From Bacillota bacterium (GTDB lineage: Bacteria; Bacillota; Clostridia; Christensenellales; DTU072): a DNA stretch of 64,000 bases. The stretch is taken from the NCBI GenBank assembly GCA_009781445.1, contig WQYD01000001.1, positions 73,126-137,125 on the forward strand, given 5' to 3'. The notes under the pieces were generated by a model. That model was not told the DNA's origin. It saw only the letters and a list, made by a program, of their open reading frames with translations, and ran no database searches. Positions 48,301 to 58,400 of this stretch are shown one piece after another. How positions within the stretch are numbered: position 1 is the stretch's first letter; every line of letters starts with the position of its first letter. Made by a program: the position numbers and the translations under genes.

Positions 48301-51300
48301 CACGCTTGCCTCTACCCCCGTTATTCCCGAATTAGGCGCGCTTTCATATGAATGGCTAAGAGGCGACACCGTTATTGCAGGCGCAAACAGCGCAACATAC
48401 ACCCTTGTTGCCGAAGATGTGGGGCAACAAATAAGAGTTAGAATTTCTACCGCAAATTGTGACGGTTCAGTGGCTTCTTTACCCACCACGGCGGTAGCAA
48501 GAACCACAGGCGCAACGCTTACCGCCCCTTCTATAGATTCACACACCGCAAGCACAGTTACATTGATTGCGCACGCAAGCCTTGCCACAGGGCAGGATTT
48601 AATGTATGCCGTTAGCACTTCGTCCACGGCACCCGCCGCAAACGCAACAGGGCTGAACGCATGGCAATCCTCGCTTTCGTTCACAGGCTTAAACGCAAAC
48701 ACAAATTATTACTTCTTTGTTAGCGCGCTTCAATCTGATACTCACGCGCGTTCCGTATCAACAGGTACACTTCAAAGAACAGGCAGGGCAACGCTTGCAG
48801 GCGAAGTTGTGATAACAGGCAACACATACTTTGGGCAAATCCTTACCGCTAATGTGGACGGGCTTGAATCAGATCCGATCGGCGCAACATTTGGCGCATT
48901 TACATATGTTTGGAAGCGTGGCGAAACCACAGTAGGTGGCAATAGCCCCAACTACACACTTGTGCAGGCGGATATCGGGCAAACGCTAACCGTTACGGTA
49001 ACTTCTGCAAATTGTGACGGCTTTGTGGTGTCCTCACCCACCGCTGAGATTGCAAAAGCACCGCAAAATGCGCCTAACGCCCCTCAGCTACTTATGTCCT
49101 CAGACACCTCTATTACCCTTGTGGCTATAAGCGGTGCAGAGTACAGCATTGATAACGGTGCAAATTGGCAATCGTCTGCAATTTTCGCAGGTTTAACCGC
49201 AGGTGAAACTTATACCTTTGTGGCGCGTTTGGCAGAAACCGATACGCACCTTGCAAGCCCTAACAGTAGTTCAAGTGCAGATATTGTTGCACAGGTTCAT
49301 AAAACCGAATCTTCAGGCAAAGGCGAATTTAGAATTGTTCCAACTAAGCCCGTTCACAAGCTTGGCTCTGGCAACCTTGTAATTGAAATTTGGATTGAAA
49401 ACAATTCAAGCCCATTTGTGCCTGTAACCCAATATCAAATCCCTCTTATTTTTGACGCTACCGTTCTAACCCATGTAAGCACCGTAATGGTAGACCACGG
49501 CGGTAGCGGCGACTATATGCCAAGTATTTTAGGCAACGACCCTGCGAACGGTATGCTTGTTTTCGGAAGGACAGCAGGCGGTTCAGAAGCTACAGGAATA
49601 TCTGCCCCCTCATTCCTCATTGCCACTATCACTTTCACCGTGAATTCAGGTGTAAATGACGGCGATTTAACCGTGATTTTCTCGGATTCGTATGTGGCTT
49701 TTGCCAACGCGTTTGTTGGACATAATTTCACGGGGTATTTCCACCACCATTCAAATTTAGGCGACACAATCGCACCTGCCTCAATATCTTTCGTAGATGT
49801 GCTTTGCCCTGATTGTAATGACGAAGATTGCTGTGATTGCGATAGCGGAAACTGCGAAGAATGCGTATGCAGAGATTGCGACACCTGCCAAACACATGAT
49901 TCCTGCGCTTGCGTGGCTTGCGTGTGCGGTGCTTGCGCAACCTGCAATGACGCTTGCGCTCACGCTTGCAAATTATGTGCAGACGAGGATTGTTGCGTAT
50001 GCGATACCGTTAACTGCGCAATATGCCCCTGTGACGATTGCACCGTTTGCCAAACACATGATTCCTGCCTATGCGTGGCTTGCGTATGCGGTGCGTGTGC
50101 AATCTGCAATGACGCTTGCGCCCATATCTGCAAATTCTGTGCAGACGAGGATTGCTGTGATTGCGATAGCGGAAACTGCGTAATCTGCGTATGTGACGAT
50201 TGCACCGTTTGCCAAACACATGATTCATGCCTATGCGTAGCTTGCGTGTGCGGTGCGTGCGCAACTTGTAATGACGCTTGCGGACACACCTGCAAATTAT
50301 GTGCAGACGCGCTTTGTTGCGTATGCGATACTATAAACTGCAAAGAATGCGTATGTGATGATTGTACCGTTTGCCAAACACATGATTCATGCGCTTGCGT
50401 GGCTTGCGTGTGCGGTGCTTGTGCAACCTGCAACGATGCTTGCACTCATACCTGCAAATTCTGTGCAGACGCGCTTTGTTGCGTATGCGATGATGAAAAT
50501 TGCGATTTCTGCGCTTGCGGTGATTGCTTAACGCACGATCCTTGCGATTGTGATTGCAACGAATGCGGTGACGAAAAGTGCTGTGAATGTGATAGCGGAA
50601 ATTGTGATCTTTGCGAAAATGATATTTGTTGCCTAACGCATGACGGATTCTGCGCTTGCGAGGGTTGCCCGAATTGCAGTAACCCTGAATTGTGCGAAGT
50701 TTGTGACGAATGCGGAAATACCGAATGCGAATGCGTTTGTTGCGCCGAATGCGGAAAAGAAGTTTGCATTTGCTGTGCGTGCCGTGTAGATTTTGACGGA
50801 AGAGATTGCAAATTTACGGAAACCGCCTGCAAAGAACGCACCTGCTTCGGCTGTGAATGCAACGAAATCCTAATTGCAAAAGACACAGGAAACATATTTG
50901 AATTTATATATTTCCATGAAGGGGACATTACTGGCGAGTTTGAAAACATTTGCTACTGTTGTGACGAGTTGTATTTCGGAGCAGATTTGTACGAGATAAT
51001 TGATAGGAGCAAATATGTTTATGATCAAAACAGAGAGGTGTTCCTTATCAATGTTGCAGGCTATGAGGAAATAATTTTCATACTAAAACAGTTCACAAAC
51101 TATTTAGAGAACCCAGATCGTATCAGACTGCTAGATAGGCAAAAAAATGTGATTGATGCTTCCGAATACGACAGCAGATTTATTGGCACAGGCATGACGA
51201 TTCAGCTTCTTGATAGAGATGACGACACAATCGTTATAGACGAAGTAATCGTTGTTATCAAGGGCGATGTAAACGGCGATGGAGTTTTGAATATTTCCGA

Positions 51301-51694
51301 TGGTGCGGCGATAGTTTCACACATGAGTGTTGCAAATATTTTATCGGGGGCTTTTAGAATTTCAGCCGATGTTAATAGCGATGGCGTAATAAATATCGCC
51401 GATAGAGCGGCCGTCATATCGCACATGAGCCTCGCAAGAGATTTGTTCGCAGGTATGAGAGTCGCCGATGACGAAACAAGCGAACCCGAACCCGATGAAC
51501 CCGATGAGCCGTTGCCTGTTGCACCTATAACAGATGCTGAAAACTTGGCAGTAGGCACCTATGAAGAAGCAAGCGCAAGCGGAAAGGCTAATGCAATCAA
51601 TTCAAAAATGCTTGCAAATATCCTTATGCTAACAAGTTTAATGGGCTTGTGCGTTTATCAAAGCAAACACAGAAAAAGAGAACAAAACAAATAA
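45383..51694 (+). CDS. Giant (~2,103 aa) surface protein: signal peptide, two cohesin-like modules, Ig/FN3-like repeats, Cys-rich tandem-repeat region, dockerin, C-terminal TM anchor
   Basis: Signal peptide MKKSVSFSKVAKVLVFALLALMILGLCLAQA. Cohesin-like segments at about 45521-46075 and 49321-49800 (GSGDFVLEVWIDN...FQLALNFDTTVLTHVS...IATITFTVN). A ~95-aa repeat reads ISGxxxFGxTLTA...TYQWLRxG..IxGA...TY. FN3-like NTxYYFFVRA repeats. Dockerin GDVNGDGVLNISD...ADVNSDGVINIAD (51263-51430). TM plus KHRKREQNK at the C-terminus. ATG 45383 follows GGGGGGAG. Confidence 0.75.
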   Translation: MKKSVSFSKVAKVLVFALLALMILGLCLAQAFSPAGAMTANASTPDAVFRLQADSTFTLGSGDFVLEVWIDNTSPIGFSIFQLALNFDTTVLTHVSTVMNTTLCWCTNPDTCEELEHSDLYKPAIAGANQGEGDNPEDGYLLFGMTGLGSSSRMDILAGGGSVMIATITFTVNPSVTHGSQVTIWAGTTEHIPDNNFIERAPTTRYEPMSHTHFSNKEGHEVAPLTVTFEDGSPALDNLAGSVSISGTTAFGATLTAITTALVSDPAGTTPEGFTYQWNRGANPITGATQSTYVPTLQDIGQQLTVSVQASNLTGTVTSAPTTVVTKAEPIISWPTNLTANFGQMLSNVSLPGNGTSSILGSFSWVLTPGTTSVGNAGSPTFELRFTPDATFLATYETITEFVTVTVNKINGTGTPTANLAGWTLPATGGSPSVSVQRSPEQTSATAIFEYQLNGAGAWVSVQPSTAGTHSVRARWEESTNYLAHETAVASFTILAQPAISGVPTISGTHTFLQTLTANTTALVSSPAGTPLGTLSYQWLRGGVEIDGAISSTYVINNAQDAGAIINVRVTASNLTGSVTSANATAVAKATPTPAWPSGLTATFGQTLANVNLPTVAGGTFSWTSGTGTSVGAVGAQSHNVTFTPENTTTHEIVSQNVTVTVSAISIANAVLDIDAPVGGETPSTVVTATPITPVGFTIGTVVWTPTHGTFIGGTAYTVTITLTAEPNYIFPAGFSATISGSSATVSGAPGASVTVSRTFAPTGAPELSGTVTISGNEVFGQTLTANTSALVSDPEGTALGTLTYQWLRNGSLIGGANNATYVLGALDVGQAISVRVYSANCDGEVTSAPTGAIDKAAGAVVILPAVTIRTATRIAFASLPIAPTGQTVEVGYNLTNTPPASNSSVWQANRDFQTGLDPNTTYYFFIRSAESATHHEYVSSGVAEATAKATLTGVPTITGTPTFGNTLTAGAGTLASTPVIPELGALSYEWLRGDTVIAGANSATYTLVAEDVGQQIRVRISTANCDGSVASLPTTAVARTTGATLTAPSIDSHTASTVTLIAHASLATGQDLMYAVSTSSTAPAANATGLNAWQSSLSFTGLNANTNYYFFVSALQSDTHARSVSTGTLQRTGRATLAGEVVITGNTYFGQILTANVDGLESDPIGATFGAFTYVWKRGETTVGGNSPNYTLVQADIGQTLTVTVTSANCDGFVVSSPTAEIAKAPQNAPNAPQLLMSSDTSITLVAISGAEYSIDNGANWQSSAIFAGLTAGETYTFVARLAETDTHLASPNSSSSADIVAQVHKTESSGKGEFRIVPTKPVHKLGSGNLVIEIWIENNSSPFVPVTQYQIPLIFDATVLTHVSTVMVDHGGSGDYMPSILGNDPANGMLVFGRTAGGSEATGISAPSFLIATITFTVNSGVNDGDLTVIFSDSYVAFANAFVGHNFTGYFHHHSNLGDTIAPASISFVDVLCPDCNDEDCCDCDSGNCEECVCRDCDTCQTHDSCACVACVCGACATCNDACAHACKLCADEDCCVCDTVNCAICPCDDCTVCQTHDSCLCVACVCGACAICNDACAHICKFCADEDCCDCDSGNCVICVCDDCTVCQTHDSCLCVACVCGACATCNDACGHTCKLCADALCCVCDTINCKECVCDDCTVCQTHDSCACVACVCGACATCNDACTHTCKFCADALCCVCDDENCDFCACGDCLTHDPCDCDCNECGDEKCCECDSGNCDLCENDICCLTHDGFCACEGCPNCSNPELCEVCDECGNTECECVCCAECGKEVCICCACRVDFDGRDCKFTETACKERTCFGCECNEILIAKDTGNIFEFIYFHEGDITGEFENICYCCDELYFGADLYEIIDRSKYVYDQNREVFLINVAGYEEIIFILKQFTNYLENPDRIRLLDRQKNVIDASEYDSRFIGTGMTIQLLDRDDDTIVIDEVIVVIKGDVNGDGVLNISDGAAIVSHMSVANILSGAFRISADVNSDGVINIADRAAVISHMSLARDLFAGMRVADDETSEPEPDEPDEPLPVAPITDAENLAVGTYEEASASGKANAINSKMLANILMLTSLMGLCVYQSKHRKREQNK
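49805..50530 (+). repeat. Tandem 162-bp (54-aa) coding repeats, 4 full units plus a diverging 5th, encoding the Cys-rich module
   Basis: Units start at 49805, 49967, 50129, 50291 and 50453, each opening with TGC and the last four with TGCAAATT[AC]TGTGCAGAC. All are in frame. Consensus: CKxCADEDCCxCDxxNCxxCxCDDCTVCQTHDSCxCVACVCGACAxCNDACxHx. Confidence 0.9.
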
Positions 51695-51750
51695 ATCACT
51701 AAGAGAACAAACCAAACAAAAATTCAAGATTATTCTTTGGAGGAATATTT

Positions 51751-54700
51751 ATGAAAAACGGAGTATCATTTACAAAAAGTAGCGCAAGAATGCTTTTGAT
51801 TGCGTTATTCGCGTTCGCGCTTATCGGGCTTTGTGTCGCAATGGCACTTGCGCCTATCTCGCTTGCGCCGACAACGCAAAACGGCACGCAACTTGAGTAC
51901 GCGGAAGCATCTTCGGGTGGCGGTATGATTAGGTATGTCACGCCTAGCACTCACGCGTTAGGTTCAGGCAATGTAAGCATAGATGTATTTCTTGACAACA
52001 CCTCTGGGATTAATATCCAAGACGCAGAAGTTTTTATGCAGTTCAACACAAGCCACTTTACTTATGTTAGGACAGACATGCACGATCCAACGGGTTTCTG
52101 CGAAACATATCCTATTGGCGTAGGACAAAACCTTTCTGTTGGTAGAGTTCATTTTTATTCCACAGGATCAAATAACCAAGCGCGCCAGATTTCTGGAACA
52201 AACATTAAATATGCCACGGTTGTTTTGGCTGTTCGTTCAGAAGTGACAAATGGAACTGTAACCACCATTCAATCGCCTGCCCTTCCAAACAAGTCCGTTT
52301 TGCTTAGAACATCAACTGGCGGGGGTGACTATGAACACTTTAACACCGAATTAGCTTCAGACAATATCGCTTCAGTAAATATTACTTTTGAAGCTGCGCC
52401 TGAGGCGATTAACACGGTTGCGATTACTGGTGTTGTTGCGCCTGCGATTCTTGCAACCCCAAGTACAACTGCGACAAGCGGACACCCAACGCAATACAGC
52501 ATTGGCACTGTTTCTTGGAACGGAAACCCTGCAATGTTCTTAGGTAGCACGCAATACACAGTGTCGGTGGTGGTTAATGCGCTTCCGGGCTATGTTTTCC
52601 CTGCTTCAAACACAGGAATTACAAGGACAGTTAACGGAAATTCCGCAAATATTACTGGCACAGGAACAGCGTCAAAGACGATAACTTATCAATTCTCTGC
52701 CACTGCGGCACCCACGGTTACGGGCATTGCGGTTCAAACGCAACCCGCGCTTACATACACGCACGGGCAAAACCTTAACTTAAGTGCGCTTGTGGCAAGG
52801 CTTTCACACAATGACGGAACTAATAAAGATGTTTCGTTTGCAAACTTTGCTTCTAACAGCCCCGCAATAACCACAAGCATTGCAAACAGCACAGCACTTT
52901 CACGCACCGCGCATAACGGGCAGACTATAACCGTTTCCACATTAACATTTAACGCAACCACAAACGCACTAACAGTTAACAGGGCTACGGGCGCAACTCT
53001 TACCGCCCCCTCTGTTGCAAGCCAAACAGCTGACAGCGTAACGCTTAACGCACACGGCGCGATAAGCACAACGCAAACGCTAAATTACGGCTGGTCAACG
53101 ACAAATACCGTGGGAAGCGTGGCAAATTGGCAAGCAGGGCTTACATTTGGCAGTTTGTCCACAGGCACAACATATTACTTCTTTGTGCGTGCGCTTGAGA
53201 ATGACACTCACGCTTTAAGCAACTCAGGAAGCACACCGGTTAACCTAAGCAAATCCGCAGGCGCAAGCCTAACCGCGCCCACAGTGGCAAGCTTTACCGC
53301 AAATCAAGTGGTGCTTACCGCACACAGCCCAGTAGCCACACTTCAAACGCTTAATTACGGACGCAACACAACTAATTCTACCGCAAGCGCAACATGGCAA
53401 GAAGGTACAACATTTACAGGCTTAACACCGAACACTGATTACTACTTCTTTGTGAGGGCTAATGATTCTGCCACGCACAATGTAAGCCATTCAGCAGGAA
53501 CATTACAAAAAACCGCTATGGCAACGCTTGGCGGACAACCCACAATCACAGGCGGAAGCACTGCAACATTTGGCACAGCACTTACAGCAGTTACAACGGG
53601 CCTAACCGCAACCCCCTCAATACCTGCACTCGGCGCGGTAACTTACCAATGGCTAAGAAACGGCACAACGAACATTGGCACAAACAGCGCAAGCTATACG
53701 CCTGTTGCCGCGGATGTGGGTCAAACAATATCAGTAAGAGTTACCACTGCTAACACCACAGGCACTGCTACTTCTATCGCAACGGCTACCGTGTTAAGGG
53801 CAACCCAAACAATTTCTATCAGCAGTTCAAATGCTTACACCTATAACCCAAGCACACCTTACGCTATCACAAGCACAAGCGGTGCAGGCACAGGCGCGAT
53901 TACATATACAGTAGTGGCAGGCGGTACAGGCGCAGGCACGATAGCAGGTTCTACCCTCACGGTAACCAAAGCAGGCACAATATTCATTATGGCAAGCAAA
54001 GCGCAATGCGCCACGCACCTTACTGCAACTTTGGCTTCTAACTTTATATTAACCGTGTCTAAAGCAACGGTTGCACCCGGTGCGCCCACTAACGGCGGTT
54101 CAACGGCAACCACAGTAACACTTACCCCCCCTGCGAACCCCTTAAGCCGTACGCTTAATTACGGTTGGTCTACCACAAATAGCGCAGAAAGCGTAACAAA
54201 TTGGCAAGCAAGCCCCGAATTTAGCGGATTAAGTGCAGGAACAGTGTACTTCTTCTCACGCTTCATGGAAAACGATCTCTATAATCAGGCAAACAGCACA
54301 ACTTCGCTTCAAGTTGACTTCGGCAAAGAAGCGGGCGCAACATTAACCAAGCCTGCAATCAGCAGTGTTTCCAAAACTGAAATTACGCTTACCGCACACG
54401 GTGCAATAACCACAGGGCAAGATCTTCGTTATGGCGTAAGCACCACAAACAGTGCTTCAAGCGCAACATGGCAAGCAGGCACAACATTCTCAGAATTAAC
54501 GGCAAACACAGAGTATTTCTTCTTTGTGAGGGCTTTGGGTTCTGATTCGCACAGCGAAAGCACTTCTGCAAGCACTGCACAAAAAACGCAAGTTGCACTT
54601 GTGATTAACAGCGCAACCGCATGGGAAATGGGTACTGATTACACAATTACCACAACAGGCGGAAACGGCAACAGCACAGTTACATTTGCAATAGTGGGCG

Positions 54701-55233
54701 GAACAGGTGAAGGCACAATCGCGGGCAATAAACTTACAATAACCGCGATAGGCACAATAATCCTAAAAGCAACGCAAGGCGCAGAAGGCATTTATGTTGC
54801 CACTGAATCCGAAGACTTCATTCTTAACGCAACAGAACGCCAACTAAATGTTTCATTTAACAACGGTGGCCCAAACAAGGACGGCAAGGTTATCGCAACC
54901 GATAAAGTAGCCCCCGGTGCAACGGCACAAACGCGCGTGGTTACAAGAAGAGGTTACACATTCGTATCTTGGGAACTAAACGAAAAGGCATATGACTTTA
55001 ATTCAGCAGTAGAACAAGATATAACCCTAACAGCCACATGGTCAAGAAATTGGGGAACATTCACAGTTGCAGAAACCGATTTCGCACTTTGGGATTGGCT
55101 TGGCTTCGTGATCGGCGGATTTGTGGCAGGTATGATGGCAAGGCTTGCATACTATTTCTACAACAGCCGTAAGAGAATTAAAGCAAGAAACGACAAAGTT
55201 GAAGAAATGGCGAGGGAACAAAGCAATGATTGA
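51751..55233 (+). CDS. Paralogous 1,160-aa surface protein: signal peptide, cohesin-like module, FN3/Ig-like repeats, one InlB-B-type repeat, C-terminal TM anchor
   Basis: The N-terminus MKNGVSFTKSSARMLLIALFAFALIGLCVAMA parallels the upstream gene. Cohesin-like GSGNVSIDVFLDNTSGINIQDAEVFMQFNTSHFTYV. Repeated TxYYFFVRA modules. RGYTFVSWELN. TM GFVIGGFVAGMMARLAYYFY plus a basic tail. Confidence 0.7.
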   Translation: MKNGVSFTKSSARMLLIALFAFALIGLCVAMALAPISLAPTTQNGTQLEYAEASSGGGMIRYVTPSTHALGSGNVSIDVFLDNTSGINIQDAEVFMQFNTSHFTYVRTDMHDPTGFCETYPIGVGQNLSVGRVHFYSTGSNNQARQISGTNIKYATVVLAVRSEVTNGTVTTIQSPALPNKSVLLRTSTGGGDYEHFNTELASDNIASVNITFEAAPEAINTVAITGVVAPAILATPSTTATSGHPTQYSIGTVSWNGNPAMFLGSTQYTVSVVVNALPGYVFPASNTGITRTVNGNSANITGTGTASKTITYQFSATAAPTVTGIAVQTQPALTYTHGQNLNLSALVARLSHNDGTNKDVSFANFASNSPAITTSIANSTALSRTAHNGQTITVSTLTFNATTNALTVNRATGATLTAPSVASQTADSVTLNAHGAISTTQTLNYGWSTTNTVGSVANWQAGLTFGSLSTGTTYYFFVRALENDTHALSNSGSTPVNLSKSAGASLTAPTVASFTANQVVLTAHSPVATLQTLNYGRNTTNSTASATWQEGTTFTGLTPNTDYYFFVRANDSATHNVSHSAGTLQKTAMATLGGQPTITGGSTATFGTALTAVTTGLTATPSIPALGAVTYQWLRNGTTNIGTNSASYTPVAADVGQTISVRVTTANTTGTATSIATATVLRATQTISISSSNAYTYNPSTPYAITSTSGAGTGAITYTVVAGGTGAGTIAGSTLTVTKAGTIFIMASKAQCATHLTATLASNFILTVSKATVAPGAPTNGGSTATTVTLTPPANPLSRTLNYGWSTTNSAESVTNWQASPEFSGLSAGTVYFFSRFMENDLYNQANSTTSLQVDFGKEAGATLTKPAISSVSKTEITLTAHGAITTGQDLRYGVSTTNSASSATWQAGTTFSELTANTEYFFFVRALGSDSHSESTSASTAQKTQVALVINSATAWEMGTDYTITTTGGNGNSTVTFAIVGGTGEGTIAGNKLTITAIGTIILKATQGAEGIYVATESEDFILNATERQLNVSFNNGGPNKDGKVIATDKVAPGATAQTRVVTRRGYTFVSWELNEKAYDFNSAVEQDITLTATWSRNWGTFTVAETDFALWDWLGFVIGGFVAGMMARLAYYFYNSRKRIKARNDKVEEMAREQSND

Positions 55234-55408
55234 CACTAACACGGTAATACTGCTTGCGCTTGGTGCGTTTCTGCTTGGATTTATAATCAGAGTTATGATT
55301 CCAAAGCGAAAGAAGCAAGCCAAGGCAACCCTCAGCACAAACACAAACACAAAATCACTTAACGAACAAAATAAAAATATAAGCGAAAACGGAGGTTCCG
55401 CATTATGA
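55226..55408 (+). CDS. Small single-pass membrane protein (60 aa)
   Basis: ATG 55226 follows GAGGGA and overlaps the end of the upstream gene. TM VILLALGAFLLGFIIRVMI plus KRKKQAK. Its stop overlaps the next start (ATGA at 55405-55408). Confidence 0.45.
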   Translation: MIDTNTVILLALGAFLLGFIIRVMIPKRKKQAKATLSTNTNTKSLNEQNKNISENGGSAL

Positions 55409-58400
55409 GAATTTTAATTTCACTCGCAATAATAATTGCTTGCTTCTTGCTCGGTGTGCTTGTTATGCACATCATACTATGGTTACTTGAAAGGGCAAAG
55501 GAAAGAAGATTGCTTCAATCACTTCTTCCGAAGGATTTCCAAGTTACCTTTGTGCTTAATGACGGCTCTGGGGTATCAATACCCGTAACCGTGAAAGCAG
55601 ATGCTTATGCGGATAAATATGCACCCACAGCCACAAAGGCAGGAAGCAAATTTGCGCACTGGTATTTAGACGGAACACCCGAAACGGTTGCCTATAATAT
55701 GAAAACGAAAACCAAGAAGGATTTAACGCTTCAAGCGTACTTCACGGTTAACCGCCACATTGTTTCGGTGCAAGACGGTTCGTTCTTCATAGACGGGCTT
55801 GCCACGCTGGACGGTAAGGCACAAATGGGGCAACGCATTGATTTGGTTTCGGCTGGCGCACCTGAGGGCTATGTGTTCTCAAAATTCGCAAGTGATGACG
55901 CCGTTATCCTTGCCACGCAATCAGGCGGTGCATTCTTTATGATGCCCGATAAGCCCGTTCGCGTGAGAACTGCGTTCACGGCTATTCCCAAGGCGGAAGA
56001 ACCCAAGGTGGAAGTACCTGCACCCGTTATTGTGCAAGCACCTGCACCCGTGGTTGTTGAAGAACCCAAAGTTGTGGTTCTTAAAGGATTCTTGCTTCGT
56101 GAAGATGTGTTTGAACATGTGGAAAATATGGGGCTTAATATCAGCAGATTCCCTATCCGTCCCGATGCGAAGAACAACGGCCGTTACACAGGTATGCCCG
56201 ATTATCTATTGGTTAACAATGAGGTATTCTCGCACATTAACGCTTACGAAGAAATCGTGTTTAACATTGCACTAAGGTTAAGCCCTGAATCTGCGCGCTT
56301 GCATTCAATTTACCACAATCTTCACCATATGGCTTACCCTCTCGGCGGTGATTGGTATAACCTTGCGGTAGATAAAACATTTAACCAAAAGAAAGAAGTG
56401 TTTGTGATTATAGACGATTCTTACGATTATGTTATCAGCCTCAAGAAGAGTAAAGAACTTGCTGATTTAGAGGCAAACAGGGCAATGAGGGCGCAAGCGG
56501 AATGTGATTTAAGGCAAGCCGTTAGCGTGGCAGTTGATAAGGAAAGAAGGGAATACGATAAACTTGAAATTGAAAGATTGCAAGGCGCACTTGCCGAAGC
56601 AAGCATTCCCGCAAGAAGAACTTCTTGTTCGGCGTCCAATCCTAACCCAAGCGTGTTCTTAATGCAACAACCTATGCAAGTAAGGGAAACCTATGCAAAT
56701 ATGGGTTGCCCCATGATTAGCAACGGCTGTGCAAGGGCTTCGCAATTCCGTTGCCTCGCCACAACCGCATTTTGCCAACCTGCAACCGTTTGCAACACAA
56801 GCAACGATTGCCCTATGTATAGGGACGCGTGCAAATTGCGCAAACAGCTTGAAATGCAAACCTCAGCGCAAAATGACGCAAAGGACGCAAAGTATGAATT
56901 GCGCAAGGAAGTGGAAGTTCTTCGCAACCAAGTGCAAAAATACAATGAAACCTTTGAGGCAAACGAAGCGTTAACAAAAGAAGTTGCAAGGCTTCACGAT
57001 CAAATTGCTTACCAAATTGCGAAAGAAGAAGATGCAAAGCAAGCAATTGAAGAACTTAAGCAAGAAATAGCCAATCTTGAGGCATTAGGCGAACAAAACG
57101 GTGCGCTTAATGAGGAAATTGCAACTCTTAAAGAAGAACTTGCCACACAGGAAGAGGCTTTTGCCACAAACGCAGAAGAACTAAAGAAAGAAATTGAAGC
57201 GTTGCAACGCGAAATTGAGAACTTGCTTCAAGCATTGGCAGAAGAAGGAATCCGTCCGCTAACAATGGACGAACTTCGTGAAGAAATTGAAAGGCTTAGG
57301 GCATTAATTAACGCGCAAGCCGAAGTTCAAAAGCAAGCAGGCGAAATTATTACAAACCTTCGTGCCGAAATGAATAAACTTAAAGCCTGCCCACTCGTTT
57401 CTGAGGACGGCAAGGTGAATGAAGAAGTTCAAAACGAAATCGCAGGGCTTCGTGAACAAATCGCACAGCAAACGGCAACTCAAGAATCCGCACGCAAACT
57501 TAACGAAGAACTTTCAAAGCAAATTGAAAGACTACTTAAGCAACTTGGCTTAAGTGAGGACGCGGAAAACGATGCTTTACGCGCTGAAATTGAAGCACTT
57601 AAAGCACAGCTTGGCGAACAAGGCGAAGAAGCCCGCGAAAATGCTGAAATCGCAGAACTTCTTAATGAAATTGAAAACCTTTACGAACAAGTTTGTGATA
57701 AGGAAGAAGAACAAGCTATAGCGGTTCTCACAGAGGATGCAGTTAAGCAGGCACAAGCCGAACTTCAAGAAAAAATTGATGCACTTCAAAACGAAGTAGA
57801 CGCGCTTAAAGCTAAGGCAGAAGGCGAAGTGGCACTTCTTGAAAATTCAAAAATTGAAGAACTTATTGCAGAAAACGAAAATCTTAAGAACCAACTCGTT
57901 TCCCAAGCGGATCAAGCTAACGAGGCTTTGCGCCTTGAAGTGCTAAGCGCGGCGCAAGAAGAAGCTAACATTGCTATAGACGCTTTGAAAGCGGAAATCG
58001 CAACACTTCAAGAAGAACTTGATAGGCTTCGCGCGCAACTTGGCGAATACGAAACTGGCAACGAAGTAAGCGAAGTTCTTCGTGGCGAAATAGACGGTTT
58101 GCGCACAGTGATTGAAACTCTTAACACTCAGCTTGATATTGTTAATGCTGATAAAGATCAAGCGTTAAAGGAAATTGAAGCACTGAAAGAACAAATTCAA
58201 GATGCCAAGGATACCGCAGATAGCGAAAACGAAGAATTGCGCCAAGAAATTGAACAGCTTCAAGAACAAATTGAGGACGGGGCAATCCAAAAGGTTATGA
58301 CGCTTTCACGCCAAGATATTCTTGATCATTGTTCAGAAATGTGCAACGATCCTCGTTTCCCTGTTGCACCGAGAAACCTTGAGCAAACAGACGAACTTCC

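Noticed and set aside
49513-50949. Long antisense and alternate-frame ORFs across the Cys-rich repeat (49513-49947 -, 49960-50445 -, 50446-50949 -, 49797-50183 +, 50010-50264 -)
   Set aside because: They are a by-product of TGC/GCA-rich, stop-poor repeat sequence. Their products are low-complexity Q/S/H/A strings. They lack RBS and start context and lie fully inside a well-supported 6.3-kb CDS.
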